Part shown: positions 20,062-29,352 of the stretch, piece after piece
Layout of the letters: the number at the start of each line of letters is the position of its first letter
How positions within the stretch are numbered: position 1 is the first letter of the stretch
Assembly (NCBI GenBank): GCA_963771355.1
Contig: CAVYTA010000006.1
Span: 2,560,001 to 2,624,000 of the forward strand
Direction: 5' to 3'
DNA from: an uncultured Candidatus Rokubacteria bacterium
Lineage (GTDB): Bacteria > Methylomirabilota > Methylomirabilia > Rokubacteriales > CSP1-6
Length of the DNA stretch: 64,000 nucleotides
Program-made: the position numbers and the translations under genes
Notes under the pieces: model-generated
Database searches by the model: none
Told to the model about the DNA's origin: nothing
What the model saw: only the letters and a program-made list of their open reading frames with translations

Positions 20062-20982
20062 TCACCCGTGAAACGTCCGCCGCCCCTCGTCGCGGTTCCA
20101 GAGCCGGATGAGATGGCGCCGGCTCTCTGGCGTGCCGCCGTCCGTGAACGGCGTGCGGGCATGCGCGAAGCGGCGGTTGTCGAGATACTGGAGCTGACCG
20201 CGCGCGATGGTCAGCTCGATCCAGCGCTCCTCCGACTCCACCATCGAGCGCATCGCGTCCAGCGCTTCGAGGCCCTCCGCGTCCACGGGCTTCCCCGCCA
20301 GCGACGCGCCGGTCTCGATGAGCACCCGGTTGTAGCGGCAGACCACGCCGCGCGGATCGTCGGCGAACACGGGCTGCCAGTCCACCTTGTCGTCGTCGGG
20401 CGCATGCTCGGCCTGGCGGTCCCAGGGGAAGGGCTGGTAGAGGCGCTTCCGCAGACCGGGCGCGGTGCCCTGCAGGGTCGAATGCGCGTCGGTCAGGCTG
20501 ACGAAGCGGCTCACGCCGCCCTCGGCCGCCGTGTTCAGGCAGAGGAGGCCGACGTACTCCGGCGGCAGGTCGAGCCAGGGGGCGTCCGTGTGGAACTGCA
20601 GCTCGAGGTTGGTGACCGAGCGTCGCACGCCGTACTCGAGCTTCTTGCCGGTGTCGCGGACGTCGTAGAGCATGGTCCCGTCCCATTTCTGGGCGACGAG
20701 CCGGCCCAGGAGCGACCCCAGCACCCAGCCGAGCGCGCGGTTCTCCTCCTCCGAGAACCGCTCCACGGGCACGCGGTCGAGCACGGCCAGGCCGACGGGA
20801 CCGCGGAGACGGTCACCCACCTCCGCCATGACCTCGCGACAGCACGCCAGGCCCGACGGCGGCGGAGAGAGCAGAAGCGTGGGCAGCGGATCGCGCCGGA
20901 GGCCCTCGACGAAGGCCTCCAGCTCGGCCACGGCCGGCCCCGGCAGCGGGACCAGCCAGTCCACCGCAGTGAGCCGGCTCAC
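20062..20982 (-). CDS. TauD/TfdA family Fe(II)/2-oxoglutarate dioxygenase
   Basis: LQFHTD (H-x-D), VGLLCL, GGVSRFVS, DNRRFAHART, RHLIRLW; GTGA overlap with upstream gene. Confidence 0.85.
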   Translation of the reverse strand: MSRLTAVDWLVPLPGPAVAELEAFVEGLRRDPLPTLLLSPPPSGLACCREVMAEVGDRLRGPVGLAVLDRVPVERFSEEENRALGWVLGSLLGRLVAQKWDGTMLYDVRDTGKKLEYGVRRSVTNLELQFHTDAPWLDLPPEYVGLLCLNTAAEGGVSRFVSLTDAHSTLQGTAPGLRKRLYQPFPWDRQAEHAPDDDKVDWQPVFADDPRGVVCRYNRVLIETGASLAGKPVDAEGLEALDAMRSMVESEERWIELTIARGQLQYLDNRRFAHARTPFTDGGTPESRRHLIRLWNRDEGRRTFHG

Positions 20983-22031
20983 GCGCAGGCGACCGTGTAG
21001 GCGTCCGCGGTGCCCTCGGGCAGGGGGTACTCCTGCCACTTCGCTCCGCCGTCCTGGGTGCCGAAGACCTGCCCGCAGCGCGACACGCAGTAGATCTGCT
21101 CGGGGTCCTTGGCGTGCAGCGCCACGCTCATCATGGTGGCCCGCGCCTTCACCCCGCGGTCGACGCGCTTCCACGAGCCGCCGAGGTCGTCGCTCCGATA
21201 GAGCGAGCCGTCCTCGCTGCGCGCGGCGGGGCTGAGACAGGTGAAGAGCGTATTGGGATTGTGCGGGGACACGCAGACGTCGCGCGAGTAGGTGAGCGGG
21301 GAGAAGCGCCCGATCTCCATGTCCTCCCAGGTGGCGCCGCGGTCCGCGCTGCGGAACATGCCCATGCGCGCGGCGAGGAATACCGTGCCGGGCGCCGCGC
21401 TGGAGACGCAGAGGGCGTGCGAGTCCATCATGCCCTCGATCTCGGTGTCGCTCACGATGCGGCTCTTGAGGTGGGGCCGGTCGGCCAGCTTGATCAGGGG
21501 CTGGCTCACGTCCTCCCAGGTCTCCCCGCCGTCGCGCGAGCGCATGACGCCGTCCACCTCGAGCCCGGCATAGAGCTCGCGCGGATTGCTCGGGTCGGCG
21601 GTCATCCGGGTCACCCGGCAGTCGAAGCTCATCTTCACGTGACCGGCCGCCTTGAGCCCGAGCTTCCGCCAGGTGTCGCCGCCGTTCTCGCTCTTGTAGA
21701 CGGCCGCGGGCGAGGTGCCCGCGTACATCACCCGCGGGTCGCGCGGATCGAAGAGGAAGGACCAGACCTCCTTGGCCCCATCGGGGAACGGGATGGCCGT
21801 CCACTTGTCCCCGCCGTCCGTGCTGCGATACGGCCCTTCCTGCGTGCCCGCGTACACCACCTGGGCATCGCCTGGGTGCACCGCGATGGCGTGGATCTCG
21901 GCATCGGCCGGCAGCCCGCCGGCCAGCTTCTGCCAGCGGTCGTCTCCGAGCGCGCGGCGGAAGAGCCCGCCCTGTGCCGTCGCCGAGCCACCGAATCCCC
22001 GCGCCGCCCCCGCATAGATCTTGGTGACCAT
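20979..22031 (-). CDS. BNR/Asp-box beta-propeller protein, cytoplasmic
   Basis: Repeated S-x-D-G-G-x-T/S-W motifs (RSTDGGDKW, KSENGGDTW, RSRDGGETW, RSADRGATW, RSDDLGGSW, TQDGGAKW); no signal peptide. Confidence 0.85.
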   Translation of the reverse strand: MVTKIYAGAARGFGGSATAQGGLFRRALGDDRWQKLAGGLPADAEIHAIAVHPGDAQVVYAGTQEGPYRSTDGGDKWTAIPFPDGAKEVWSFLFDPRDPRVMYAGTSPAAVYKSENGGDTWRKLGLKAAGHVKMSFDCRVTRMTADPSNPRELYAGLEVDGVMRSRDGGETWEDVSQPLIKLADRPHLKSRIVSDTEIEGMMDSHALCVSSAAPGTVFLAARMGMFRSADRGATWEDMEIGRFSPLTYSRDVCVSPHNPNTLFTCLSPAARSEDGSLYRSDDLGGSWKRVDRGVKARATMMSVALHAKDPEQIYCVSRCGQVFGTQDGGAKWQEYPLPEGTADAYTVACA

Positions 22032-22062
22032 GTCGGCCTCCTGGCCTGGATTGGCTTCGACT

Positions 22063-22989
22063 CTATCCCTTGTCCATGACTTCGCGCACCTTCTCGACCG
22101 GCACCGCGATCTTCACCCCGGCCCGCTCCTCCTGCAACAGCATGGCCACCCGCGAGTCGCGCCCGGCCCAGCCGCGGTTCATGGCCTCCGTCAGCTCTTC
22201 CAGCGCCAGGTTGGCGATGCGCATGGGCACGCCGAACTCACGGCCCACCGCGGTGGCCAGCGAGACGTCCTTGTGCGCGAGCTTGAGCGCGAAGGACGGC
22301 GGCTCGAAGGTGCCGGGCAGGAACTGATCGGCGAGACCGTCGAAGGTGCGCCGGCGGCCCTGGGCGCCCTGGCGCACCGCCTGCCAGAGCGTGAGGGGAT
22401 CCACGCCCGCCTTGACGCCCATGGTGAAGACTTCCGCCAGCGCCGTCTGGATGGCATAGCCCGCGCAGTTGTGCACGAGCTTGGCCACCGAGCCCGCGCC
22501 GATGGGTCCGACGTAGTAAGCCTGATCGCCGATGGCGTCGAGCACCGGCTTGAACTTGTCGAACACCGCGCGCTCGCCACCCACCCACAGCGCGAGCTTA
22601 CGGGTCTTCGCGCCCTTCGGCCCTCCGCTCACCGGGGCGTCGAGCACGTGGAAGCCCTTCTCCGCGAACGTGGCATGGAGCCGCCGGACCAGGCCCGGGG
22701 AGTTGGTGCTGAGGTCGAAGAAGGCCGCGCCCCGATTCATGCCGCTGATGAGCCCATCCGCGCCCAGCGCCACCGCTTCCACCTCGGGCGGGCCGGGGAG
22801 CGAGGTGAAGATCACCTCCGCGTCCTTGGCGACCTCCCGGGGCGTGGCGGCCCAGATGGCGCCCGCGGCCAGATGCGGGGCCGCCGCGTCTTTCCTGACG
22901 TCGTTGACGATGAGCGCATGCCCCGCTGCCTGCAGATTGGACGCCATGAAGGCGCCCATGGTGCCGACTCCGATGAACCCGATCTTCAT
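22063..22989 (-). CDS. Beta-hydroxyacid dehydrogenase (3-hydroxyisobutyrate/tartronate semialdehyde reductase family)
   Basis: KIGFIGVGTMG, FDLST, LDAPVSGG, AKLVHN, LAHKD. Confidence 0.9.
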   Translation of the reverse strand: MKIGFIGVGTMGAFMASNLQAAGHALIVNDVRKDAAAPHLAAGAIWAATPREVAKDAEVIFTSLPGPPEVEAVALGADGLISGMNRGAAFFDLSTNSPGLVRRLHATFAEKGFHVLDAPVSGGPKGAKTRKLALWVGGERAVFDKFKPVLDAIGDQAYYVGPIGAGSVAKLVHNCAGYAIQTALAEVFTMGVKAGVDPLTLWQAVRQGAQGRRRTFDGLADQFLPGTFEPPSFALKLAHKDVSLATAVGREFGVPMRIANLALEELTEAMNRGWAGRDSRVAMLLQEERAGVKIAVPVEKVREVMDKG

Positions 22990-23330
22990 GCCGGCTTCTC
23001 CTCGAAGACCTGCTTGGCGATCTTGGCGGCGGACATCGCGCTGGGCCAGCCGGCATAGAACGCCAGATGGGTGATCAGCTCGCCGATCTCCTCCTTGGTC
23101 ACGCCGTTGGCGAGGGCGCGCGCGGTGTGGCCCTTGAGCTGATCGGGCCGGTAGAGCGCCACCAGAGCGGCCACCGTGATCAGGCTGCGATCCCGCTTGG
23201 ACAGGCCGGGGCGCTCCCAGATGTCTCCGTACACGAGCGACTCGGTGAGCTCGATGACCCGAGGGATCACCCCGCGGACCTCGTTGCGGGTGGCGAGCGT
23301 GGCGGGCGAGGTCGAGGACGGCGTGGCCAT
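22986..23330 (-). CDS. Carboxymuconolactone decarboxylase (CMD) family protein
   Basis: YGDIWERPGLSKRDRSLITVAAL, ALANGVTKEEI, HLAFYAGWP; AGGAGG RBS. Confidence 0.9.
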   Translation of the reverse strand: MATPSSTSPATLATRNEVRGVIPRVIELTESLVYGDIWERPGLSKRDRSLITVAALVALYRPDQLKGHTARALANGVTKEEIGELITHLAFYAGWPSAMSAAKIAKQVFEEKPA

Positions 23331-23393
23331 GGCTCCTCCTTGAACGTCGGGTAACAACGGGTAGAATCCTCGCACGAGAAAGGAGAGTTGACC

Positions 23394-24158
23394 ATGCCCA
23401 TCGCGCCCTACCGGATTCACGCCGTTCGCTACGCCCACCGCAAGTGCACGACCTCGGAGGCGTTCTACGGCGACCACCACAACGGCCCCATGACCATGGA
23501 CTACTTCGTGTGGGCCCTCACCAACGGCAGCGAGACGGTGGTAGTGGACCTCGGTTTCACCGAGCCGGTCGGCACCGCGCGCGGGCGCCAGTTCCTCCGC
23601 CCCATCGACCGGGGCCTCGCCGAGGTCGGCGTGGATTGCCGGAAGGTCCAGCACGTGGTGCTCAGCCACTTCCACTACGATCACGTGGGCAACTATGCTC
23701 TCTTCCCCAACGCCACCTTCTACGTCCAGGACGCGGAGATGGCGTTCTACACCGGGCGGAACGTCTCGCTCGGCGCCTTTCGCCGCTCCGTCGAGGTGGA
23801 GGACATCTGCGCCCTCATCCGGCTGAACTACGAGGGAAGGCTGGTGTTCGTGGACGGCGAGCGTGAAGTGGTGCCCGGGGTGAGTGTGCACAAGGTGGGC
23901 GGACATACGGCCGGCATGCAGATCGTCACGGTGGCGCACGCCAAGGGGCGCGCGGTGGTGGCCTCGGACGCCTCGCACTATTACCGCAATTTCGAGGAGC
24001 GAATTCCCTTCAATACCCTGCACGACCTGCCCGGGATGTACCGCGCCTTCGATCGCATCGGCGAGCTGGCGTCGAGCCCGGACCTGGTGATCCCGGGCCA
24101 CGATCCGCTGGTTCTCGAGCGGCTGCGCCAGGTTGGGGACGGGATCGTGGAGCTGTGA
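23394..24158 (+). CDS. MBL-fold metallo-hydrolase, N-acyl homoserine lactonase family
   Basis: SHFHYDHVG, GGHTAG, ASDASH, PGHDP; alternative TTG start at 23388. Confidence 0.85.
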   Translation: MPIAPYRIHAVRYAHRKCTTSEAFYGDHHNGPMTMDYFVWALTNGSETVVVDLGFTEPVGTARGRQFLRPIDRGLAEVGVDCRKVQHVVLSHFHYDHVGNYALFPNATFYVQDAEMAFYTGRNVSLGAFRRSVEVEDICALIRLNYEGRLVFVDGEREVVPGVSVHKVGGHTAGMQIVTVAHAKGRAVVASDASHYYRNFEERIPFNTLHDLPGMYRAFDRIGELASSPDLVIPGHDPLVLERLRQVGDGIVEL

Positions 24159-24173
24159 CGACCGGCAATGCTG

Positions 24174-24218
24174 TACGACCAAGGTCCTATGGACAGTGGC
24201 GGCCGCCGCTCGTATCAC
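24174..24218 (+). promoter_or_regulatory. Putative operator (TACGACCAAGGTCCTA) directly upstream of a TGGACA-N17-TATCAC promoter for the porin gene
   Basis: Near-perfect inverted repeat 24174-24189; hexamers at 24190-95 and 24213-18. Confidence 0.4.
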
Positions 24219-24277
24219 TTTGTGGCGGGTACTGACGCGGCGACCTGGCTCTACACCGGCTCAAGGGAGGGGTTTCG

Positions 24278-25633
24278 ATGAGAGCAGAAATGAGGGTCTC
24301 CAGTCTGGCGTTGAAAGGCGTCCTGATCGCCGGCGTCGCCTGCCTCGCGCTGCTGGTGCCGGCGCCCAGCCGCGCGGATCACGACCAGGAGGAGCACTTC
24401 GGGGTCATGCAGCCTCCGCCTCCGCCGCCGCCCCGGAGCACCCTCGACCGCTTCTTTCCGTCACTCCAGGAAAACCGGGCCACGTGGAATCCGTTCTTCC
24501 GCGACGCCGACCTCACGGCGCGCTTCCGGTCCTTCTACTTCAACCGCCAGAACGACACCGGCAACGACAGCGAAGCATGGGCGCTCGGCGGCTGGGCGCA
24601 GTTCTCGTCCGGCTGGCTGCTCGACACCTTCGCGATCGGCGGAGCCTACTTCACCTCCCTGCCGGCCTACGCTCCCGAAAGTCGGCCCGGCAGCCTGTTG
24701 CTCACGCCGGGGCAGGACGCGATCGGGGTCTTCGCCGAGGCGTGGGCCGCCTTGCGGTACAAGGAGTACGTGCTCCTGAAGGGGGGCCGGACGAGGATCG
24801 ACGAGGGGTACGTGAACTCGCAGGATAACCGGATGCTCCCGAACACCTTCGAGGCGGTGATGCTGTCCGGCAAGATCGACTGGTTCCGCTACGACGTCGG
24901 CTACATCTGGACCATCAAGCCCCGCGACTCGAACGACTTCATCTCGATGTCCCGCCAGGCCGGCGGGACGGGTGACGACGAAGGGTTGGTCCTCGGCGCG
25001 GTCGAGCTCACGCCGATCAAGGGCCTCTCGCTCTACGCTGGGAACTTCTATGGCGTGAACACCTACAACACCCTGTTCGCCAAGGGGGAGTACCTGCACG
25101 CGTTCACCAAGGACCTCTCCATGCAGTTCGGCGTCCAGTTCACCGACCAGACGGACGTGGGAGACGCGCAGGTCGGCGCTTTCAACACGTGGAACGTCGG
25201 GTTCGGCGCGCGGCTCTTGTGGCGAGGTCTCACCCTGGGGGTGGCCGCGCACTTCAACGGGGACGGGGCCGACCTCCGCTCGAACTACGGCTCGTGGCCG
25301 GGCTACCTCTCCTTGCTGGTGACGGACTTCAACCGGGCGAACGAGAAGGCCTTCGGGCTCGGCCTCAGGTACGACTTCGGCGGGACCCTGCTGCCCTTCC
25401 AGCTCCCCGGCTTCAAGGTGCACCTGCTCTATGCCCGGGGCGGCGACCGCATCAATCCGGCGTCCGACGCCGGGCTGCCGACGACGCACGAGGGAAATCT
25501 GGACATTATCTATGACGTGCCGCAGGTCAAGGGCCTGCAGTTCCGCTTCCGCAACGGCTATGTCGGGCGGGGCAACGACCAGGTCGTCAAGGACTTCCGC
25601 ATCATCATCAACTACGAGCTCGACGTGTTCTGA
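24278..25633 (+). CDS. OprD-family outer membrane porin
   Basis: Signal peptide, FFRDA..RSFYFNR, SGW, QDNRMLPNTFE, DFNRANEKA, amphipathic strands, C-terminal YELDVF (terminal Phe). Confidence 0.8.
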   Translation: MRAEMRVSSLALKGVLIAGVACLALLVPAPSRADHDQEEHFGVMQPPPPPPPRSTLDRFFPSLQENRATWNPFFRDADLTARFRSFYFNRQNDTGNDSEAWALGGWAQFSSGWLLDTFAIGGAYFTSLPAYAPESRPGSLLLTPGQDAIGVFAEAWAALRYKEYVLLKGGRTRIDEGYVNSQDNRMLPNTFEAVMLSGKIDWFRYDVGYIWTIKPRDSNDFISMSRQAGGTGDDEGLVLGAVELTPIKGLSLYAGNFYGVNTYNTLFAKGEYLHAFTKDLSMQFGVQFTDQTDVGDAQVGAFNTWNVGFGARLLWRGLTLGVAAHFNGDGADLRSNYGSWPGYLSLLVTDFNRANEKAFGLGLRYDFGGTLLPFQLPGFKVHLLYARGGDRINPASDAGLPTTHEGNLDIIYDVPQVKGLQFRFRNGYVGRGNDQVVKDFRIIINYELDVF

Positions 25634-25650
25634 TCGGCCGGGGACAGCCC

Positions 25651-26400
25651 CTAGTGGAAGGCGAGGCCGCCGTCGACGACCAGAACCTGGCCGGTGACGC
25701 TGTCGGCGCGGCAGAACGTCTCGACCTGGGCGGCGATGTCGCCGACGTCGGCGCCCCGGCCCAGCACCACCATGCGGCGCACGCTCTCGGCCACCTCCGG
25801 CGGGATACGCTGGGCCATGCGCGTGCCCTCGATGAGGCCGGGCGCCACGCAGTTCACGGTGATGGCGGGGGCCAGCGCCACCGCCAGGCAGCGCGTGAGG
25901 TGCACGAGCGCGGCCTTGCTGGTCGCGTAGCCGATCGAGCTGCCGGTGGGGCGCAGTCCGGCGATGGAGGCGATATTGACGATGCGCCCCGCCCCCTGCT
26001 TGCGCATGTGCGGCGCCGCCGCCTTGGCGAGCAGGAACGGGCCGCGCAGGTTCGTGTTCTGGAGCCGGTCCCATATGTCCGCGGTGAGCGCGTCGAGATC
26101 CGGGAACGGGATGCCGATGTTCCAGCCCGCGTTGTTGACGAGGATGTCGAGACGGCCGAGCGCGGCGGCGGCGGCGCTCACCGCGGGCTCGCAGGCGGCC
26201 GCGTCCGCTTGATCCACCTGCACCATGGTCGCGCGACGGCCCAGGCCTTTCACGAGGCCGGCCACCCGCTCCGCGCTCTCGCGATTGCCCACGTAGCCGA
26301 CCGCGATGTCGCAGCCGGCACGGGCCAGCCGCTCACAGATCGCGGCACCGAGATCGCCGGAGCCGCCCGTCACGAACGCCACCCGCCCCTGAAGGTCCAT
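25651..26400 (-). CDS. SDR family oxidoreductase
   Basis: VTGGSGDLG, LVNNAG, IVNIAS, YATSK, NCVAPG, VDGG. Confidence 0.92.
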   Translation of the reverse strand: MDLQGRVAFVTGGSGDLGAAICERLARAGCDIAVGYVGNRESAERVAGLVKGLGRRATMVQVDQADAAACEPAVSAAAAALGRLDILVNNAGWNIGIPFPDLDALTADIWDRLQNTNLRGPFLLAKAAAPHMRKQGAGRIVNIASIAGLRPTGSSIGYATSKAALVHLTRCLAVALAPAITVNCVAPGLIEGTRMAQRIPPEVAESVRRMVVLGRGADVGDIAAQVETFCRADSVTGQVLVVDGGLAFH

Positions 26401-27260
26401 CACTCCTCCACGATGAAGCGCCACGTCTCGCCGTGGCGCCGGATCCGCCCCGCGGTCGGATGGTGGAAGTGGGTGCCCAGCACCGTGACCGGCCCGTCCG
26501 CATAACGCTCACAGAAGGCCCGCCGGGTTTTCCGCGCCTGCTCCATGTCGGTGTCGAAGTGGCTGCCCCAGCGCGGCTCGGCGATCTGCACCGGATGATG
26601 CATGAGATCGCCGGTGATGACCGCGTCGCCATCCCCCGAGCGCAGCCGCACGCTGACATGCCCCGGCGTATGACCCGGCGTGGGCTCCAGCCACAGCTCG
26701 TCGGAGACGCGGTGGTCCATCTCCACGAGGGTGGCCAGGCCGGCGTCCAGCACCGGCTGCACGCTGTCCGCCAGGATGCGCCGCGTGTCGTCGTCGCGCT
26801 CGCTCGACCAGTGCTCCCACTCCTGGCGCGCGAAGAGGTGACGCGCGCGCGGAAAGGTCGGCACCCAGCGGCCACTGTCCAGCCGCGTGTTCCAGCCCAC
26901 GTGATCCACGTGGAGATGCGTGCAGATCACGAGGTCCACGGACTCGGGCGGCACGCCGGCGGCGCGCAGATCCTCGAGAAAGCCCGTGCGCATCATGTGG
27001 AAGGGCGCGCGCCCGCCGCGGTCCTTGTCGTTGCCCACGCAGGTGTCCACCAATGCGGTGAGCCCCGGCGCGCGGAGCACGAAGGCGTGGATGCTCTGGA
27101 GAAAGCGCCCCTTGTCGTCGAGGAAGTGCGGGGCCAGCCAGTCGCGGTGGCGCTCCAGCGCCTCGGGCGTGGCGTCGGGGAGCAGCCAGGTGGGGCGCGT
27201 CGGGCCCGCGCGCTCGACCACCGCGGAGATGCGGAGCCGTCCGAGGGCGAGGTCGCGCAT
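26400..27260 (-). CDS. MBL-fold metallo-hydrolase
   Basis: LVDTCVG, THLHVDHVGWN, TPGHTPGH, TGDLMHH, GTHF; TGATG coupling to downstream SDR. Confidence 0.88.
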   Translation of the reverse strand: MRDLALGRLRISAVVERAGPTRPTWLLPDATPEALERHRDWLAPHFLDDKGRFLQSIHAFVLRAPGLTALVDTCVGNDKDRGGRAPFHMMRTGFLEDLRAAGVPPESVDLVICTHLHVDHVGWNTRLDSGRWVPTFPRARHLFARQEWEHWSSERDDDTRRILADSVQPVLDAGLATLVEMDHRVSDELWLEPTPGHTPGHVSVRLRSGDGDAVITGDLMHHPVQIAEPRWGSHFDTDMEQARKTRRAFCERYADGPVTVLGTHFHHPTAGRIRRHGETWRFIVEE

Positions 27261-27266
27261 CGCGGG

Positions 27267-28182
27267 TCAGTTCACCTCGGCGCGCAGGCGCCCGTGCAGA
27301 AGCTCCAGCCCCTCGATCATGGCGTCCACCGAGCGCGCGCCGGCCTGGAACATCGCGGTGGCATTGAGCGACACCCACTGAAAGCCCATGGACTGGAGCG
27401 CGGCGGCGCGTGCCACCACCCGATCGGGCTCGGCGTAGAAGCGCTTGCTCTCGGCGTCCCGCGGCGGCGGCGCCACCATGCTCTGGAGCCCGATGCTGGC
27501 GGGATCGCGGCCGGCGGCCTCGGCGTGGCGGCGGATGGATTCCAGCGCGCGCTTGGCATCCTCCGCGTCGGTGACGCGGCTGGCGAGCCAGCCGTCCCCG
27601 AGCCGGCCCACACGGCGGAAGGCCGCCTCCGAGTAGCCGCCGATCCAGACCGGGAGACGGCGGCCCTGCGGCGGCTTCGGCTCCATGGCCATGGCATGGG
27701 CTCGGTAGTGCTTGCCGGAGTATTCGACCTGCGCGTCGCCCCAGTACGCGCGCATCAGCGCGATGGCCTCGTCCATGCGCGCGCCGCGCGTGTGGAAGTC
27801 CTCGCCCATGGCCTCGTACTCTGATTCCTGCCAGCCGACGCCGATGCCCAGTCGCACGCGCCCACCGGACAAGGTGTCCAGCGTGCTCACCTGCTTGGCC
27901 ACGAGCGTGGGCTCTCGCTGCGGGAGCACCAGCACTTCAGTGCCCAGAGTCACCCTTGATGTCACCGCCGCCATGTAGGAGAGCCCCATCAGCGCTTCCA
28001 GGATGGGCATGGCCGGGTTGTAGGGGCCCGGGGGGCGGCCGTCCCCGGGGAACGCCCATGACCACGTGGTCGAAGATGTCGATGTGGTCGTAGCCGATCT
28101 GCTCGATGGCCCGGGCGAGGCGGAGGACGCCCGCGGGGCCTTCCCGGTACGCGACGCTGGGAAACTCGACGGAGAGCTTCAT
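27267..28182 (-). CDS. LLM-class (possibly F420-dependent) oxidoreductase; frameshift near 28045 in a G/C run
   Basis: MKLSVEFP..IGYDHIDIFDHVV then ILEAL..TLGTEVLVLPQREP..GRVRLGIGVGWQESEY..VWIGG. Confidence 0.88.
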
Positions 28183-28199
28183 GGGTCGGATCAGGCCGG

Positions 28200-28228
28200 A
28201 GTTTAGGCGCGCGGTCACTTTCTGTCAA
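28200..28228 (-). promoter_or_regulatory. Sigma70-type promoter TTGACA-N17-TAAACT
   Basis: Consensus -35 and 17-nt spacer, 17 nt upstream of the LLM ATG at 28182. Confidence 0.75.
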
Positions 28229-28256
28229 AGGCGATTTGCGCTAAGGTGAGTCCCTC

Positions 28257-29042
28257 ATGCTCGTGGGAGCCTTCGCCTGCGCCCATACGCCGCAGCTCCT
28301 CATCCGGCCGGAGACGGAGGACCGTGACCTCGTCCTCCGCGTCCACGCCGCCTTCGCGCGCGTGAAGCAGCGCCTGGAGGCGCTCCGGCCCGACGTGCTC
28401 GCGGTGGTGGCGGGGGATCACATCGAGGCCTTCTTCCTCGACGCGGTGCCGGCGCTGGCGGTCTACGTGGGCACGGAGTGCGCGGGCACCTTCGGCCCCT
28501 ACCAGTACCGGATGAAGATCCACGAGCCGCTCGCGCGCGCCGTGGTCGAGCAGGGGGTGGAGCGCGGGTTCGACCTCACCTATACGCAGCACGCGCCGCT
28601 CGACTACGCCTTCTACGTGCCGCTCCACTTCACCATGCCGGAGCCCGCGCTGCCCATCGTGCCCCTGCACGTGAACGTCTACCTGCCGCCTCAGCCCACG
28701 CCGCGCCGCTGCCACCAGTGGGGCGCCGCGCTGGGCGACATCCTGCGCGCCCGGCCGGAGCGAGTGGTGCTGATGGCCTCGGGCGGCATGTCCCATTTCC
28801 CCGGCACCGACCGCTATGCCTCGCCCGACTTCGACTACGACCGCGAGCTCCTGGACACGCTACGGGCCGGGCGCGGCCGCGAGCTGGCGCGGATCTCCGG
28901 GGAAGAGCTGGACAAGCGGGGCAATATCGAGCTGCGCACCTGGATCACGCTCCTCGGCGCGGTGGGCGACGTGCCCGCGGAGGTCTACTGCTACGAGCCG
29001 TCCTGGCACCATGGCAATGCGGTGGTGGAGTGGGCGCTCTGA
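28257..29042 (+). CDS. Extradiol ring-cleavage dioxygenase, LigB/class III catalytic subunit
   Basis: ACAHTP, AGDHIEAFF, PIVPLHVN, ASGGMSH, GNIELRTW (His/His/Glu Fe ligands). Confidence 0.88.
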   Translation: MLVGAFACAHTPQLLIRPETEDRDLVLRVHAAFARVKQRLEALRPDVLAVVAGDHIEAFFLDAVPALAVYVGTECAGTFGPYQYRMKIHEPLARAVVEQGVERGFDLTYTQHAPLDYAFYVPLHFTMPEPALPIVPLHVNVYLPPQPTPRRCHQWGAALGDILRARPERVVLMASGGMSHFPGTDRYASPDFDYDRELLDTLRAGRGRELARISGEELDKRGNIELRTWITLLGAVGDVPAEVYCYEPSWHHGNAVVEWAL

Positions 29043-29055
29043 TGTGGATGCGCTG

Positions 29056-29334
29056 ATGGACGAGGGCGCGCACTACCAGTTCCCGCCCGCCGCCGCCTAC
29101 CCGCTGAACCGCTGCCTCAAGGCGCTCAAGTCGGACCGCGCCTTCGCCGAGCGCTTCGTCAAGGATCCCCGCGCCGCCGCCCGCGAGCACGGGCTCGCGG
29201 AGGACGAGGTGCGCCTGCTCGATCCCCTGGATCGCGACGCGCTGGTGGCGCGCGGGGCGCACCCGTACCTCGTCTTCATGGCGGGACTGCGCCTCAAGAT
29301 GCTGCGCGAGCCCGGGACCATGGAGCATTTCTAG
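29056..29334 (+). CDS. LigA-like small dioxygenase subunit
   Basis: YPLNRCLKAL..ERFVKDP..GLAEDE..L..GAHPY; directly after the LigB-like gene (alternative GTG start 29044). Confidence 0.75.
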   Translation: MDEGAHYQFPPAAAYPLNRCLKALKSDRAFAERFVKDPRAAAREHGLAEDEVRLLDPLDRDALVARGAHPYLVFMAGLRLKMLREPGTMEHF

Positions 29335-29352
29335 TGGAGCACTTCTAGTGGA
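29321..29352. repeat. 14-bp tandem duplication TGGAGCATTTCTAG/TGGAGCACTTCTAG
   Basis: Two units with one mismatch plus partial TGGA; spans the ligA-like stop and the next GTG start. Confidence 0.85.

Noticed and set aside
23394..27260. Quorum-quenching or beta-lactamase function for the two MBL-fold genes
   Set aside because: The HxHxDH fold alone does not define substrate; both lack signal peptides and sit in general catabolic context.
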